NCBI GenBank assembly: GCA_029777755.1
Contig: JAKORQ010000370.1
Location: forward strand, 1-46,772
Direction of reading: 5' to 3'
Length of the DNA stretch: 46,772 bases
DNA from: Planctomycetota bacterium
GTDB lineage: Bacteria > Planctomycetota > Phycisphaerae > Tepidisphaerales > Tepidisphaeraceae
Positions 29,671 through 38,998 of this stretch are shown here, one piece after another. Both the position numbers and the translations under genes were made by a program. The number at the start of each line of letters is the position of its first letter. The first letter of the stretch is position 1. The notes below the pieces were generated by a model. It saw nothing but the letters and a program-made list of their open reading frames with translations. It did no database searches and was not told the DNA's origin.

Positions 29671-29782
29671 GCTGTGGTTCCTCCACTTGGGGTAATGAAT
29701 AAGAAGACCTGTAACACGATTCGGGCGATGCTAGTCGCCTGCCGCATGGACTAGCTGACTTGCTCTTTGCACAATATGACAA

Positions 29783-30553
29783 ATGCCAGCTCTGGATTTG
29801 GAGTTCCTTCACGGCAGCCACACGCCGCGCTGCATCTCCACGGTGGACAAGCGTTTCCCCGATTACTGCTCATTTCAGCTCATTACAGAGGGGCGCGTGG
29901 AGCTCAGCTACGACCAGCGGGAGTATCAACTGACTGCCGGCTCGGTTTGGATCTGCTATCCCGGGCCATGGATTAAGTTTCACAGGGCCCCGGGGTGCGA
30001 GTACTGGGCGCACCGCTATATCGCCTTTCGCGGGCACCTGATGGACAAGTGGCTGGACTCTGGCCTGCTGCATCCTGTGCCGCAGCGAATACCGGAGGGC
30101 AGCGGATTCATCGCCCGTTTTGATGCCCTGATACGGTTGTTTCCGCGGACAGACAGGATCGGCCATCAGCGAGCTGTGAACATCCTGGAGGGGATGCTGC
30201 TGGAGTTGGCCGACCTGCGCCGCCCGGCCGAGGTGCAGTGGCTGGATCGTGCGCGGGATCTGTTGCTTGCCCAGGTTTCGCAGACGCGGCCGGACTACCA
30301 GGCGATCGCCGATGAACTGGATATGAGCCTGTCGAGCTTTCGCCAGACATTCCGACGGCAGGCCGGGATCTCGGTGCATCAGTTCCTGCTGAAGCATCGC
30401 ATCGAGACGGCCGGGCATCTGCTGGCCGAGACGATGCTGCCGATCAAGGCGATCGCCCGGCAACTGGGATATCGTGATGTGTTTTACTTCTCGCGGCAGT
30501 TTGCGGCCATCAAGGGGGTTCCGCCGGCCGAGTACCGCAGGCAGATGGGATGA
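29783..30553 (+). CDS. AraC family transcriptional regulator
   Basis: The C-terminal double HTH is IADELDMSLSSFRQTFRRQAGISVHQFLLKHRIETAGHLLAETMLPIKAIARQLGYRDVFYFSRQFAAIKGVPPAEYRR. It is divergent from the PhyH gene. Confidence 0.9.
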   Translation: MPALDLEFLHGSHTPRCISTVDKRFPDYCSFQLITEGRVELSYDQREYQLTAGSVWICYPGPWIKFHRAPGCEYWAHRYIAFRGHLMDKWLDSGLLHPVPQRIPEGSGFIARFDALIRLFPRTDRIGHQRAVNILEGMLLELADLRRPAEVQWLDRARDLLLAQVSQTRPDYQAIADELDMSLSSFRQTFRRQAGISVHQFLLKHRIETAGHLLAETMLPIKAIARQLGYRDVFYFSRQFAAIKGVPPAEYRRQMG

Positions 30554-30580
30554 TCGGGGCAGGCAGGCTGATCGCGAGTA

Positions 30581-30660
30581 GAGGCACGAAGTCACTGAGG
30601 CACGGAGCAGCGAAGAAAGCAAACAGCGACGAAGCGACTGAGCGACCCAGCGGCGAAGGG
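30581..30660 (+). repeat. purine-rich dispersed repeat (GAGGCACGAAG ... AGCGACGAAGCGAC ... GGCGAAGGG)
   Basis: It shares GGCACGAAG and GCGACGAAG blocks with 40497-40536 and, in inverted orientation, with 35985-36030. A weaker relative lies at 2796-2820. Confidence 0.65.
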
Positions 30661-30703
30661 CGAGAACGTCTCTCGAAGCCGGTCGATGCTCATTCAATCG
30701 ATT

Positions 30704-30755
30704 TGACTTGCGCCGATTCGAAGTCAACTGGCTTGAGGACAAATAGCTCCACTTT
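30704..30755 (+). repeat. dispersed repeat: hairpin TGACTT..GCCGATTCG..AAGTCA followed by GGCTTGAGGACAAATAGCTCCACTTTT
   Basis: It matches 26784-26829 (same order and orientation) and 10814-10839 (GGCTTGAGGACAAGCCGCTCCACTTT). Confidence 0.7.
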
Positions 30756-30782
30756 TGACGAAGGAGTTCTAGAATTGGCTTC

Positions 30783-31460
30783 ATGAAGAAGATCCTGTCG
30801 CTGATGATCGGCGCGCTGCTGCTGGTGGGCTGCGCATCTCTCCCGGCTCCCGTTCCCGTGGAAAAGGTCCAGCTTCGTGAGGGGGATCTGCTTTTTCAGG
30901 ACCTGGATGGCAGCGAGCTGGCAGATGCCATCGAGACACTCACCGACGGCGTGTGCGGAGCGCGTTTCTCGCATGTCGGCATGGTGGTGTCGGTGGATGG
31001 CGTGGTCCAGGTGGTCGAGGCCGGCGGCCGTGGGGTGAAGATCACGACGCTCAAGATGTTTCTTGCCCGCAGCCGCGACAGCGCCGGCCGGCCAAAGGTG
31101 ATCGTGGGCCGGCTGGATGAGAAGTATCAGCACCTGGTTCCTGACGCCATCAACTATGCCTGCCTTCAGGTTGGCAAGCCGTATGACCATCCCTTCATCA
31201 TGGGTGAGGATGCCTTCTACTGCTCAGAACTGCTGTACTTCGCCTTTGCCCATGCCAACGGCGGCGAGGCAGTGTTTCCCACCGCGCCGATGACGTTCAA
31301 GGATCCGCGCACCGGCGAGTTTTTCCCCGCATGGGTGGAGTACTACCAGCGCCTGGGGCGCGAGATTCCCGAGGGCGAGCCGGGGCTTAATCCCGGGGGC
31401 ATGTCGCGCCACCGGCACGTGAAAATCATTGCTTCCCTCGGGGAAGTTTCGCGCAAGTAA
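30783..31460 (+). CDS. YiiX/YaeF-like permuted papain-fold (NlpC/P60 superfamily) lipoprotein
   Basis: The lipobox is LLLVGCAS. It carries GDLLFQD...FSHVGMV...VVEAGGRGVKITTL...VIVGRL...KPYDHPF...FYCSELLYFAF, i.e. the permuted Cys/His order of the C92 family. Confidence 0.7.
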   Translation: MKKILSLMIGALLLVGCASLPAPVPVEKVQLREGDLLFQDLDGSELADAIETLTDGVCGARFSHVGMVVSVDGVVQVVEAGGRGVKITTLKMFLARSRDSAGRPKVIVGRLDEKYQHLVPDAINYACLQVGKPYDHPFIMGEDAFYCSELLYFAFAHANGGEAVFPTAPMTFKDPRTGEFFPAWVEYYQRLGREIPEGEPGLNPGGMSRHRHVKIIASLGEVSRK

Positions 31461-31467
31461 GGCGGAA

Positions 31468-31501
31468 GCGAACCGAACAGTTATCGTACGGTTCGGTTCG
31501 C
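31468..31501 (+). terminator. stem-loop downstream of the YiiX-like gene (possible terminator; no clean T-tract)
   Basis: A perfect 11-bp stem pairs GCGAACCGAAC (31468-31478) with GTTCGGTTCGC (31491-31501) across a 12-nt loop. Confidence 0.45.
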
Positions 31502-31642
31502 TACCCTTTATAGATAAATAAGTTAGCTGTTTAGAAATCGCCGAGCGAAGCGCTGCCTGAAACCTAAGGCTGAGCCTAGAATCGCGCTGGATGAGCAGTC
31601 GAGGGGACTGCCTGTAACACCTCGTTTGGGGGGAAGGGAAAC

Positions 31643-32377
31643 ATGCGAAGTAGCATATTGTCTCTTACGCTGCTGGCGGGCGTTCCCGCGGTAGCTATCG
31701 TGGGGTGCAGCAATGCGCCCCAGACCATGGCCGGTCAGCAGGAGCTGGACAATTCGGCACAGCGTGCCCTTGGGGAAGCGCTGCGACGGGATCCGAGCCT
31801 GCGGCAGAAGCTGGACAATGCGGCCGGCTACGCAGTATTTCCGACCGTTGGGGAGGGCGGTTTCATCATCGGCGGCGGGTATGGCAAAGGCGTTCTGTAT
31901 GAACAGCACCAGCCCGTTGGATACTGCGACATCACCAATCTCAGCGCCGGGGCCAAGATCGGAGGGCAGTCATACTCGCAGATCATCATCTTCGAGACGC
32001 AAAAGCCCCTGGCTGACTTCAAGAATGGTCGATTTTCCTTCGCAGCCGACGCTTCAGCCGTGGCGCTGCGCGAGGGAGCGGCCGCCTCTACCCAGTTCAA
32101 GGAGAATGTCGCGGTGTTTGTCTATGACCAGGGCGGCCTGATGGCTGATGCCTCCATCGGCGGCGAAACATTCCGTTTCACGCCTCTGGAAGTTGCGCAG
32201 CAGGCGGCCAGCACCATCGAGGGTGAGGTCACCGAGCAGCAGCGACAGCGTCACCAGCAGCAGCTCCAGCAGCATCGCCAGGACATGAATATGCAGTCGG
32301 GCCAGCAGCGTGACGTGGATGTCAACATCCAGCGCGACAACCGCGATCGGCCCAGCGTCGATGTCCAGGTCGACTAA
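31643..32377 (+). CDS. SYLF (Ysc84/DUF500) domain lipoprotein with Gln-rich C-terminal tail
   Basis: The lipobox-like signal is [14 protein letters not shown]. The SYLF core is [27 protein letters not shown]...[17 protein letters not shown]...[11 protein letters not shown]. Confidence 0.75.
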   Translation: MRSSILSLTLLAGVPAVAIVGCSNAPQTMAGQQELDNSAQRALGEALRRDPSLRQKLDNAAGYAVFPTVGEGGFIIGGGYGKGVLYEQHQPVGYCDITNLSAGAKIGGQSYSQIIIFETQKPLADFKNGRFSFAADASAVALREGAAASTQFKENVAVFVYDQGGLMADASIGGETFRFTPLEVAQQAASTIEGEVTEQQRQRHQQQLQQHRQDMNMQSGQQRDVDVNIQRDNRDRPSVDVQVD

Positions 32378-34305
32378 CGCAGCCAACCGCGCTCCGTCAG
32401 GAGCTTGAGAATCCGACTGACGCTCTCCTCAACACCAATCTGGTGGGTGGGGAGCGTCAGGTCGGGATTCGTTGGCGGCTCGAACGTCGCGCTTACTCCC
32501 GGGAACTGCGCCAGCTTGCCCTCGTCGGCGGCCTTGTACGCGCCGGAGGTGTCGTTCTGCCGGCAGTATTCCACCGGGGCGGAGAGGTAGACCTCCAGGA
32601 AGCGATCCTCGCCGATAACCTCACGCGCCTTCTGCCTGGTTACCTTATGGGGGGCAACAAACGCGCAGATGCAGATCAGGCCCGAGTCATTGAGGATCTT
32701 CGCCACTTCTGACGAGCGGCGCAGGTTTTCCGAGCGGTCGTCGGCACTGAAGCCCAGGTCGCGGCACAGCCCCAGGCGCATGTTCTGGCCATACAGCACC
32801 GTGACCGCGTGGCCCATCTCAAACAGCTTCTTCTCCAGGGCAAAGGCGATGGGGGCCTTGCCGGATGCCGTCAGGCCGGTGAGCAGGATGGTGCCTGCCT
32901 TGTGCCCGAAGCGCTGCTCGCGCTGCTGGAGCGTGACCTCGCCCTGCCGCAGCTTCAGAGATTCCCGCGGGCGGCGCGACCACTGGGCGCCATCCGATCT
33001 GCCTGAAGGCGCCTGTAGCATGCCTGCGCCCACGGTGTTGTTGGTGAGGCGGTCGATGATGATGAATGCCCCGGTCGCGGGATTGGTGCGATAGGGGTCG
33101 AAGGCGATCGGCTGGGTGAGGCTGAGCGTCACAAGCCCCACTTCATTGAGCCCAAGCTGGCTGGCCGGCTTGCGCTCCAGAGTGTTCACGTCGATGGAGT
33201 GCTTGATCTCCGCGATCTCGCCGGAGACCAGGCGGGTGGTGTGCTTGATCCAGTAGCTTCTTCCCGGGACGAACGGCTTTTCATTCATCCACACCACCAT
33301 GGCATCCACCTCATGGGAAAGTGTGGACTGGCCATTGCCCGCGCGGACGATCATGTCTCCGCGGGAGATGTCGATCTCATCCTCCAGCGTGATGGTGACG
33401 GCCTGCCCGGCGAAGGCCTCCTCCAGTTCGCCATCGTAAGTGACGATGGAGCGAACCGTGCTCTTCGTGCCGGAGGGCAGCACCACGATCTCATCGCCTC
33501 GATGGATGATGCCAGAGGCGATGGTGCCGGCGAATCCGCGGAAATCGAGGTTGGGGCGGATGACATACTGCACCGGGAAGCGCAGGTCGATGAGGTTGCG
33601 GTCGGAGGCGATATGCACCGACTCGAGCTGGTTCAGCAGCGTCCTGCCGTTGTACCAGGGCATGTTGGCGCTCTTCTCGACGACGTTGTCACCCTTGAGC
33701 GCCGAGATGGGGATGAATTCGATGTCGGGGATGCCCAGCTTGGCGACGAAGCCGGAGTAGTCGGCCCTGATCTTGTTGTAGACCTCCTCGGAGTAGTCGA
33801 CGAGGTCCATCTTGTTGATGGCCACCACCACGTGCTTGATCCCCAGCAGGCTGACGATGAACGAGTGTCGCTTGGTCTGGGTGACGACGCCGTGGCGGGC
33901 GTCGATCAGGATGATGGCGAGCTGGCAGGTGCTTGCCCCGGTCGCCATGTTGCGGGTGTACTGCTCGTGGCCGGGGGTGTCGGCGATGATGAACTTGCGC
34001 TTGTCAGTGGAGAAGTAGCGGTAGGCAACGTCGATGGTGATTCCCTGCTCGCGCTCGGCCTTCAGGCCGTCGGTGAGCAGCGCCAGGTCGACCGCGCTGG
34101 CGTCGCCGGTGGTGTTGAACTTGGCCGAGTCACGCTTAACCGCCGCGAGCTGGTCCTCGTAGATGGTCTTGGTGTCATGCAGCAGCCGGCCGATTAGGGT
34201 CGATTTCCCATCATCAACCGACCCGCAGGTGAGGAAGCGAAGAAGCTCCTTCTTCTGGTGCCGTTCGAGGTAAGTATGGATGTCTTCGGTAAGTTCGATG
34301 TTCAT
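32374..34305 (-). CDS. cysNC: bifunctional sulfate adenylyltransferase subunit 1 / adenylylsulfate kinase (CysN-CysC fusion)
   Basis: The GTPase motifs are [17 protein letters not shown] and NKMD. The C-terminal APS kinase has the P-loop [10 protein letters not shown] and FVAPH. Confidence 0.93.
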   Translation of the reverse strand: MNIELTEDIHTYLERHQKKELLRFLTCGSVDDGKSTLIGRLLHDTKTIYEDQLAAVKRDSAKFNTTGDASAVDLALLTDGLKAEREQGITIDVAYRYFSTDKRKFIIADTPGHEQYTRNMATGASTCQLAIILIDARHGVVTQTKRHSFIVSLLGIKHVVVAINKMDLVDYSEEVYNKIRADYSGFVAKLGIPDIEFIPISALKGDNVVEKSANMPWYNGRTLLNQLESVHIASDRNLIDLRFPVQYVIRPNLDFRGFAGTIASGIIHRGDEIVVLPSGTKSTVRSIVTYDGELEEAFAGQAVTITLEDEIDISRGDMIVRAGNGQSTLSHEVDAMVVWMNEKPFVPGRSYWIKHTTRLVSGEIAEIKHSIDVNTLERKPASQLGLNEVGLVTLSLTQPIAFDPYRTNPATGAFIIIDRLTNNTVGAGMLQAPSGRSDGAQWSRRPRESLKLRQGEVTLQQREQRFGHKAGTILLTGLTASGKAPIAFALEKKLFEMGHAVTVLYGQNMRLGLCRDLGFSADDRSENLRRSSEVAKILNDSGLICICAFVAPHKVTRQKAREVIGEDRFLEVYLSAPVEYCRQNDTSGAYKAADEGKLAQFPGVSATFEPPTNPDLTLPTHQIGVEESVSRILKLLTERGWLR

Positions 34306-34306
34306 T

Positions 34307-34340
34307 GAAAAAGCAGAAAGTAGAAAACAGAAAGCAGAAA
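34307..34340 (+). repeat. left inverted repeat of the cysD/cysN intergenic cassette (heptamers GAAAAAG CAGAAAG TAGAAAA CAGAAAG CAGAAA)
   Basis: It starts 2 nt from the cysN/C start codon (one intervening base). About 26 of 35 positions match the reverse complement of 34798-34832. Confidence 0.7.
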
Positions 34341-34348
34341 CTGGAGCC

Positions 34349-34722
34349 CTATTGCTCGCCTTTCCCTTCCGTGTTTTTGATTATGCTGACGATGATACTG
34401 ATCAACTGTTCAGTCTCATCGGTAATGTCCTCCAACCGTTCCTGCGCCACCAAGTCGGCACGCACGGTCAGACGAATCCAATATCCCGTCTCGCGCACTT
34501 CCTTCAGTGCAACACGACATTTGTGAACAAAGTCCTTTGTCGTTTCCGCGGCAACAGCCTCCACCAGGTTGGCGCCGATAGACGTTCCTGATCGCAGCAT
34601 CTGCCGTGCAAGTACCCATGCCTCCTCATTCGGCAGTTTCCCAGATGGCGAAACACACTGATGATCCGCAGCGTGTATGTTTGGGAGCGTTCAAGAATGT
34701 GGCCCTGGCCAAACCGTCCCAT
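34349..34722 (-). pseudogene. four-helix-bundle protein gene (23S rRNA intervening-sequence protein / Avd family), interrupted by a 1-nt frameshift
   Basis: The C-terminal frame (34349-34600 and in-frame upstream) reads GKLPNEEAWVLARQMLRSGTSIGANLVEAVAAETTKDFVHKCRVALKEVRETGYWIRL. The N-terminal part MGRFGQGHILERSQTYTLRIISVFRHL is in another frame (ATG at 34722). The frames meet at the GGGAAA run near 34636-34645. Adding one A would restore a ~124-aa protein of typical family length. Confidence 0.75.
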
Positions 34723-34797
34723 GTTTCCTTAACCGTCGCGGAACCATGATCCAAATGACTCAAGGCAACAACCTATCCAACTTCATCTCGCCGGCAA

Positions 34798-34832
34798 TTT
34801 CGGCTTTCTGCTTTCGCCATTTCCGCTTTTTC
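34798..34832 (+). repeat. right inverted repeat of the cysD/cysN intergenic cassette
   Basis: TTTCGGCTTTCTGCTTTCGCCATTTCCGCTTTTTC is the reverse complement of GAAAAAGCGGAAATGGCGAAAGCAGAAAGCCGAAA. It overlaps the cysD stop codon by 1 nt. Confidence 0.7.
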
Positions 34833-35740
34833 TAGAAGTAGCCTTCGCGTTTCTTCTGCTCCATGCTTGCAGCTTCATCGTGGTCGATCACGCGGCCCTG
34901 GCGTTCGGAGTTTCTTGCCACCAGCATTTCCTCGATGATCTCGGGCAAGGTGGTTGCGCTGCTCTCGATTGCCCCGGTGAGCGGGTAGCAGCCCAGGGTG
35001 CGGAAGCGCACCAGCTTCTGCACCGGCTGTTCGCCGGGGCGCAGGCGCATGCGCTCGTCATCGACCATGATCAACTGCCCGTCGCGCTCCACCACCGGGC
35101 GATGTGCCGCAAAGTACAGCGGCACGATGGGGATGTTTTCCAGGTGGATGTACTGCCAGACATCCAGCTCGGTCCAGTTGGAGAGGGGAAAGACGCGGAT
35201 TGATTCGCCCTTGTTGACCTTGCCGTTGTACAGGTTCCAGAGTTCCGGGCGTTGGTTCTTGGGGTCCCACTGGTGCATGCGGTCGCGGAAGGAGTAGACG
35301 CGCTCCTTGGCGCGGCTTTTTTCCTCGTCCCGGCGGGCGCCGCCGAAGGCTGCATCAAAGCCGTACTTGTTGAGGGCCTGCTTGAGCGCCTCGGTCTTCA
35401 TGATGTTGGTGTACTTGTTGGACCCGTGGTCGAAGGGGTTGATGCCGGCCTCGATACCCTCCTGGTTGGTGTACACGATCAGGTCGATCTTGTTCTCGCG
35501 GCAGAAACGGTCGCGGAACTCGATCATGTCGCGGAACTTCCAGGTGGTATCCACGTGCATCAGCGGGAAGGGGATCCTGCCGGGGTAAAACGCCTTCTGG
35601 GCCAGGCGCACCATGACGGAGGAGTCCTTGCCGATGGAGTAGAGCATCACGGGGTTCTCAAACTCGGCCGCCACCTCACGAATGATGTGGATGCTCTCGG
35701 CTTCGAGCTGCTTCAAGTGCGTCAGGGTATAACTGTTCAT
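34832..35740 (-). CDS. cysD: sulfate adenylyltransferase subunit 2
   Basis: It has the PAPS-reductase-fold N-terminus [34 protein letters not shown]. It is 302 aa with the typical CysD C-terminus ...[10 protein letters not shown]. Confidence 0.93.
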   Translation of the reverse strand: MNSYTLTHLKQLEAESIHIIREVAAEFENPVMLYSIGKDSSVMVRLAQKAFYPGRIPFPLMHVDTTWKFRDMIEFRDRFCRENKIDLIVYTNQEGIEAGINPFDHGSNKYTNIMKTEALKQALNKYGFDAAFGGARRDEEKSRAKERVYSFRDRMHQWDPKNQRPELWNLYNGKVNKGESIRVFPLSNWTELDVWQYIHLENIPIVPLYFAAHRPVVERDGQLIMVDDERMRLRPGEQPVQKLVRFRTLGCYPLTGAIESSATTLPEIIEEMLVARNSERQGRVIDHDEAASMEQKKREGYF

Positions 35741-35901
35741 CAGGAATCTTTTATAGCGAGGCTAGCCGGCAAAGTCTACTTACCTACTATGATTATAGGA
35801 AATTACCGCCGGTCGGCTGTCTGCCACATCATCCGCGATTTGGGGCCGGGGGAAAAGGGGTTGGTTGGAAGACGCGGGGAGGCGATAGGGCAGTAAGGCG
35901 C

Positions 35902-36021
35902 GGAGGCACGAACGAGCAACTAAGGGGAGCGGTTCGTCCTGGAGCAATCAGCGGACGTCTGCCCAATCGAGTGTTTTTTATCTGCAACTTCCCTTCGTCG
36001 CTTTTCTTCCTTCGTGCCTCC
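35902..36021. repeat. MITE-like unit: perfect 11-bp inverted repeat GGAGGCACGAA / TTCGTGCCTCC separated by 98 nt
   Basis: The left arm is 35902-35912 and the right arm is 36011-36021. The right-hand portion (35985-36030), read in reverse complement, is GGAGGCACGAAGGAAGAAAAGCGACGAAGGGAAG, matching 40497-40536. Confidence 0.6.
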
Positions 36022-36099
36022 ATCTTCCTCTCCATTCCTCTGTTATCCGCATCACAAACAGTTGCTTGATCAGCCTGCTACATTGCCTATGCTCAATGG

Positions 36100-37539
36100 G
36101 TGAAGACTCATCGTTTACCCGAACATAAGACCAAAATTGCTGCCACCATCGGGCCGGCCAGTTGCAGTGTCGAGATGATGGTGCAGTTGATCCGCGCCGG
36201 GATGAATGTGGCGCGGTTGAATTTCTCCCACGGCGATTTCCAGACCCACAGGATCAATATCGAGCGGCTTCGCCAGGCGCAACGGCTGACCGAGATGCCG
36301 CTGGCCATCATGGCGGACCTTCCCGGGCCCAAGATTCGCCTGGGCGAGATCCAGTCCGGCCCGATCCAGCTCAATGCCGGCGACCGTTACACGCTCACGA
36401 CCCGGGAGGTCGTTGGCGACAAGTCCCATGCCAGCGTGACTTTCGAGATGCTGCCCCGAGTGGTGAAGCCGGGGGATCGACTTTTCCTCAACGATGGGCT
36501 GGTGCAGCTCATCGCTGACCGGGTGACCAGTACCGATGTGGAATGTACCGTGGCGGTGGGCGGCGAGGTCAGCTCGCGCAAGGGGCTGAACCTGCCGGGC
36601 ATTGACCTTGGGATCAGCGCGTTCACCGAGCAGGATCGCGAATGCCTCGAGTTTGCCATGGAGATGGGGGTGGATGCGGTCAGCCAGTCGTTTGTCGGCT
36701 CGGCGGCCGACATCGAGGCGGTCCGCGCGGCCGCCCGTGAGAACGGGCATAACCCCTTCGTCATCGCCAAGATTGAGCGCGCCACCGCCCTTGATCGCTA
36801 TGACGAGATCCTGGAAGTGTCCGATGGCGTGATGGTGGCACGCGGCGACCTTGGCGTGGAAGTGCCGATCGAGCGTATCGCGTCAGTGCAGAAGTGGATG
36901 ATTGCGCGGGCCAACCTGGCCGGCAAGCCGGTCATCACGGCCACCCAGATGCTAGAGTCGATGGTGACCAGCCGGCTGCCCACCCGTGCCGAGGCGACGG
37001 ACGTGGCCAATGCGGTGCTGGATGGTACCGACTGCCTGATGCTCTCGGGCGAGTCGGCCGTGGGGCTGTTCCCGGTTGAGTCGGTGGCCATGCTGGCACG
37101 GATCGCCCGGGAAGCGGAGGCGGATCGTCCGCCCATTCCGCCGGAGACGCGGCGCGAGATGAAGCAGACGGGCAATCTCTCCTCGCCGCGGGCGGCGATG
37201 GCGCTGGTGGTGGAGCATGCCCTGCGCACGGTTCCCTCGGCGGCGGTTTTTGTGCCGACCCGCAGCGGCAACACCGCGAGGATGATCTCGCGCTTCAAGC
37301 CCACCGCGTGGATCGTCGCCCCGACGCGAGACCAGGCCGTGGCGCAGGGGCTGGCGTTCTCCTATGGCGTGGCGCCGATCCACATGGAGGAGGAACTGGC
37401 CGACTGGGGCGACTTCATCGAGGAGTGGATTCGCGACGCCGGCCTGTCGGGGACCACCGCCATGCTGGTGACAGGTCCATTGAGCAACCAGGCAGCCAAC
37501 CACCGCCTGGAGTTCCTCCGCATCGGCGAGAAGAAGTGA
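36100..37539 (+). CDS. pyk: pyruvate kinase
   Basis: It carries KTKIAATIGPAS, MNVARLNFSHG, MVARGDLGVE, and ATQMLESM...PTRAEATDVANAV. The start is GTG. Confidence 0.93.
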   Translation: MKTHRLPEHKTKIAATIGPASCSVEMMVQLIRAGMNVARLNFSHGDFQTHRINIERLRQAQRLTEMPLAIMADLPGPKIRLGEIQSGPIQLNAGDRYTLTTREVVGDKSHASVTFEMLPRVVKPGDRLFLNDGLVQLIADRVTSTDVECTVAVGGEVSSRKGLNLPGIDLGISAFTEQDRECLEFAMEMGVDAVSQSFVGSAADIEAVRAAARENGHNPFVIAKIERATALDRYDEILEVSDGVMVARGDLGVEVPIERIASVQKWMIARANLAGKPVITATQMLESMVTSRLPTRAEATDVANAVLDGTDCLMLSGESAVGLFPVESVAMLARIAREAEADRPPIPPETRREMKQTGNLSSPRAAMALVVEHALRTVPSAAVFVPTRSGNTARMISRFKPTAWIVAPTRDQAVAQGLAFSYGVAPIHMEEELADWGDFIEEWIRDAGLSGTTAMLVTGPLSNQAANHRLEFLRIGEKK

Positions 37540-37630
37540 CATGCCGCGGCGTCGGCTGACTCGCCCGCGCGCAAAGGTACTCAGGGATGTGCACGGTGGC
37601 GCAGTGATGCCATCGAGCACGATAAAGCGA

Positions 37631-37674
37631 GATGGCACGCATCAGTCGGCTTGTCCGGGCGGATGCGTGCCATC
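37631..37674. terminator. large perfect hairpin between convergent pyk and oxidoreductase genes
   Basis: GATGGCACGCATC (37631-37643) pairs with GATGCGTGCCATC (37662-37674): a 13-bp perfect stem with an 18-nt loop. There is no strong T-tract, so terminator function is inferred from position. Confidence 0.5.
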
Positions 37675-37690
37675 AGCTTTCGCCAGTCAC

Positions 37691-38728
37691 CTACTTCATC
37701 GTCTTGGGGGCAACCCACTTGTTCTTCTTGAAGCCTTCGTACATCGCTTCCATGACGGCCGGGCGATAGGCGGCCTCGCGCACGGAGACCACCTTAGCGC
37801 TGGTGTCGCCGCAGATGGCGTTGAGCCAGCTATCCAGGCCGGCCGGGACGCCGGTCAGGCCTTCGTAGGGAGCCTCGCCGGTGCTGTTGAGCTTATCGCA
37901 CTTGAAGTAGAGCTTGTTGTTGATGATGGCGGCATGCGCCTCGGTGCCGCTGATGAGGAAGGATACGGGGTTGGCCACGTCATCCCAGCCGGCGGCCAGC
38001 GTGCCGATCACACCGTTTTTGAACTTGATCAGACCTTCGCCGCACTCATCGCAGAAGCTGTCGCCGTTCTGGTAGCGCTTGGTGCCGGGGGAGATGACGG
38101 CGGTGGCGCTTTCCACCTCGCCCATCAGCCAGAGCATGATATCGAGCATGTGGGTGCCCAGGTCGCCGAAGGCGCCCACGCCGGCGACGGCGGGGTCGGC
38201 CATCCAGCGCCAGTCCTCGGCGACGTTGTCCGGCTTGGCCTTGAACCAGTCGCCCAGAGCGCCGCCGTGGCAGTTGCTGCCGCGGACGCGGGTGATCTGG
38301 CCGAAGGTTCCCTTCTCCACGTGCTCCTTGATGAACAGGATGTTCGGGTTGCCGCGCATGAAGTAGCCGGTGGAGAAGATCACGCCGGCTTTCTCGACCG
38401 CCTTGGCCATGGCATAGCTGTCCTTTGAGCCCATGCCCAGCGGCTTCTCGGCGAAGATGTGCTTCTTTGCCTTCGCGGCGGCGAGGACCAGTTCCTGGTG
38501 GCGGTTGGTCTCGGAGCAGATGATGACGCCGGCGATCTCCTTGTCGGCGAAGATCTCGTTTACGTCGCTGACGACGGTAGCGCCGGATTCGCGGCCCCAG
38601 CGCTCGGCACGGGCTGGCGTGGGATCCCAGGCTTTGCTGATCCGCAACTGTTGGCCGCGATTGTTGATGTTCTTCACAAAGCCCGGCGTGTGAATGTGGG
38701 CGCACCCGACAAGTCCGATATTGATCAT
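37691..38728 (-). CDS. Gfo/Idh/MocA family NAD(P)-dependent oxidoreductase
   Basis: The N-terminal Rossmann region is MINIGLVGCAHIH, followed by the EKP motif (HIFAEKPL). The ATG at 38728 is preceded by GAAGGAGA. The longer ORF-track start runs into the tRNA gene. Confidence 0.85.
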   Translation of the reverse strand: MINIGLVGCAHIHTPGFVKNINNRGQQLRISKAWDPTPARAERWGRESGATVVSDVNEIFADKEIAGVIICSETNRHQELVLAAAKAKKHIFAEKPLGMGSKDSYAMAKAVEKAGVIFSTGYFMRGNPNILFIKEHVEKGTFGQITRVRGSNCHGGALGDWFKAKPDNVAEDWRWMADPAVAGVGAFGDLGTHMLDIMLWLMGEVESATAVISPGTKRYQNGDSFCDECGEGLIKFKNGVIGTLAAGWDDVANPVSFLISGTEAHAAIINNKLYFKCDKLNSTGEAPYEGLTGVPAGLDSWLNAICGDTSAKVVSVREAAYRPAVMEAMYEGFKKNKWVAPKTMK

Positions 38729-38783
38729 CTGGCAGTCTCCTTCACCAAGCCAGCGGAGAAGCGCTGGATAAAAATGCAAAAAA

Positions 38784-38857
38784 CGCAGCCGGCAGGATTC
38801 GAACCTGCGACCGTCGGATTAGAAATCCGATGCTCTATCCAGCTGAGCTACGGCTGC
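38784..38857 (-). tRNA. tRNA-Arg (anticodon UCU)
   Basis: The minus strand reads GCAGCCGTAGCTCAGCTGGATAGAGCATCGGATTTCTAATCCGACGGTCGCAGGTTCGAATCCTGCCGGCTGCG. It has a 7-bp acceptor stem, a D-arm AGCTCAGCTGGATAGAGC, an anticodon stem TCGGA/TCCGA with loop TTTCTAA, and a T-arm GCAGGTTCGAATCCTGC. CCA is not encoded. Confidence 0.9.
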
Positions 38858-38971
38858 ACCTGGAGGACGATGATAGCAGGTTCCCCGCATCTGTGGGAGA
38901 ACCCCGGCGTGCGAGGCAAAATAATGGAAAGCTGCGCCTGGGAGGATGCATTGCACGGCGAACTTAAGCAC

Positions 38972-38998
38972 GGGAGCGCGGGTTATCGCCCGCGCTCC
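38972..38998 (-). terminator. GC-rich hairpin downstream of the porin gene
   Basis: GGAGCGCGGG pairs with CCCGCGCTCC (10-bp stem, short loop) about 35 nt after the porin stop codon. The T-tract is weak. Confidence 0.4.

Noticed and set aside
34307-34340. The heptamer tandem repeats (and those at 26641-26668 and 46454-46479) as a CRISPR array.
   Set aside because: The units are 7 nt, contiguous and degenerate, with no spacers of 25-40 nt and no cas genes.
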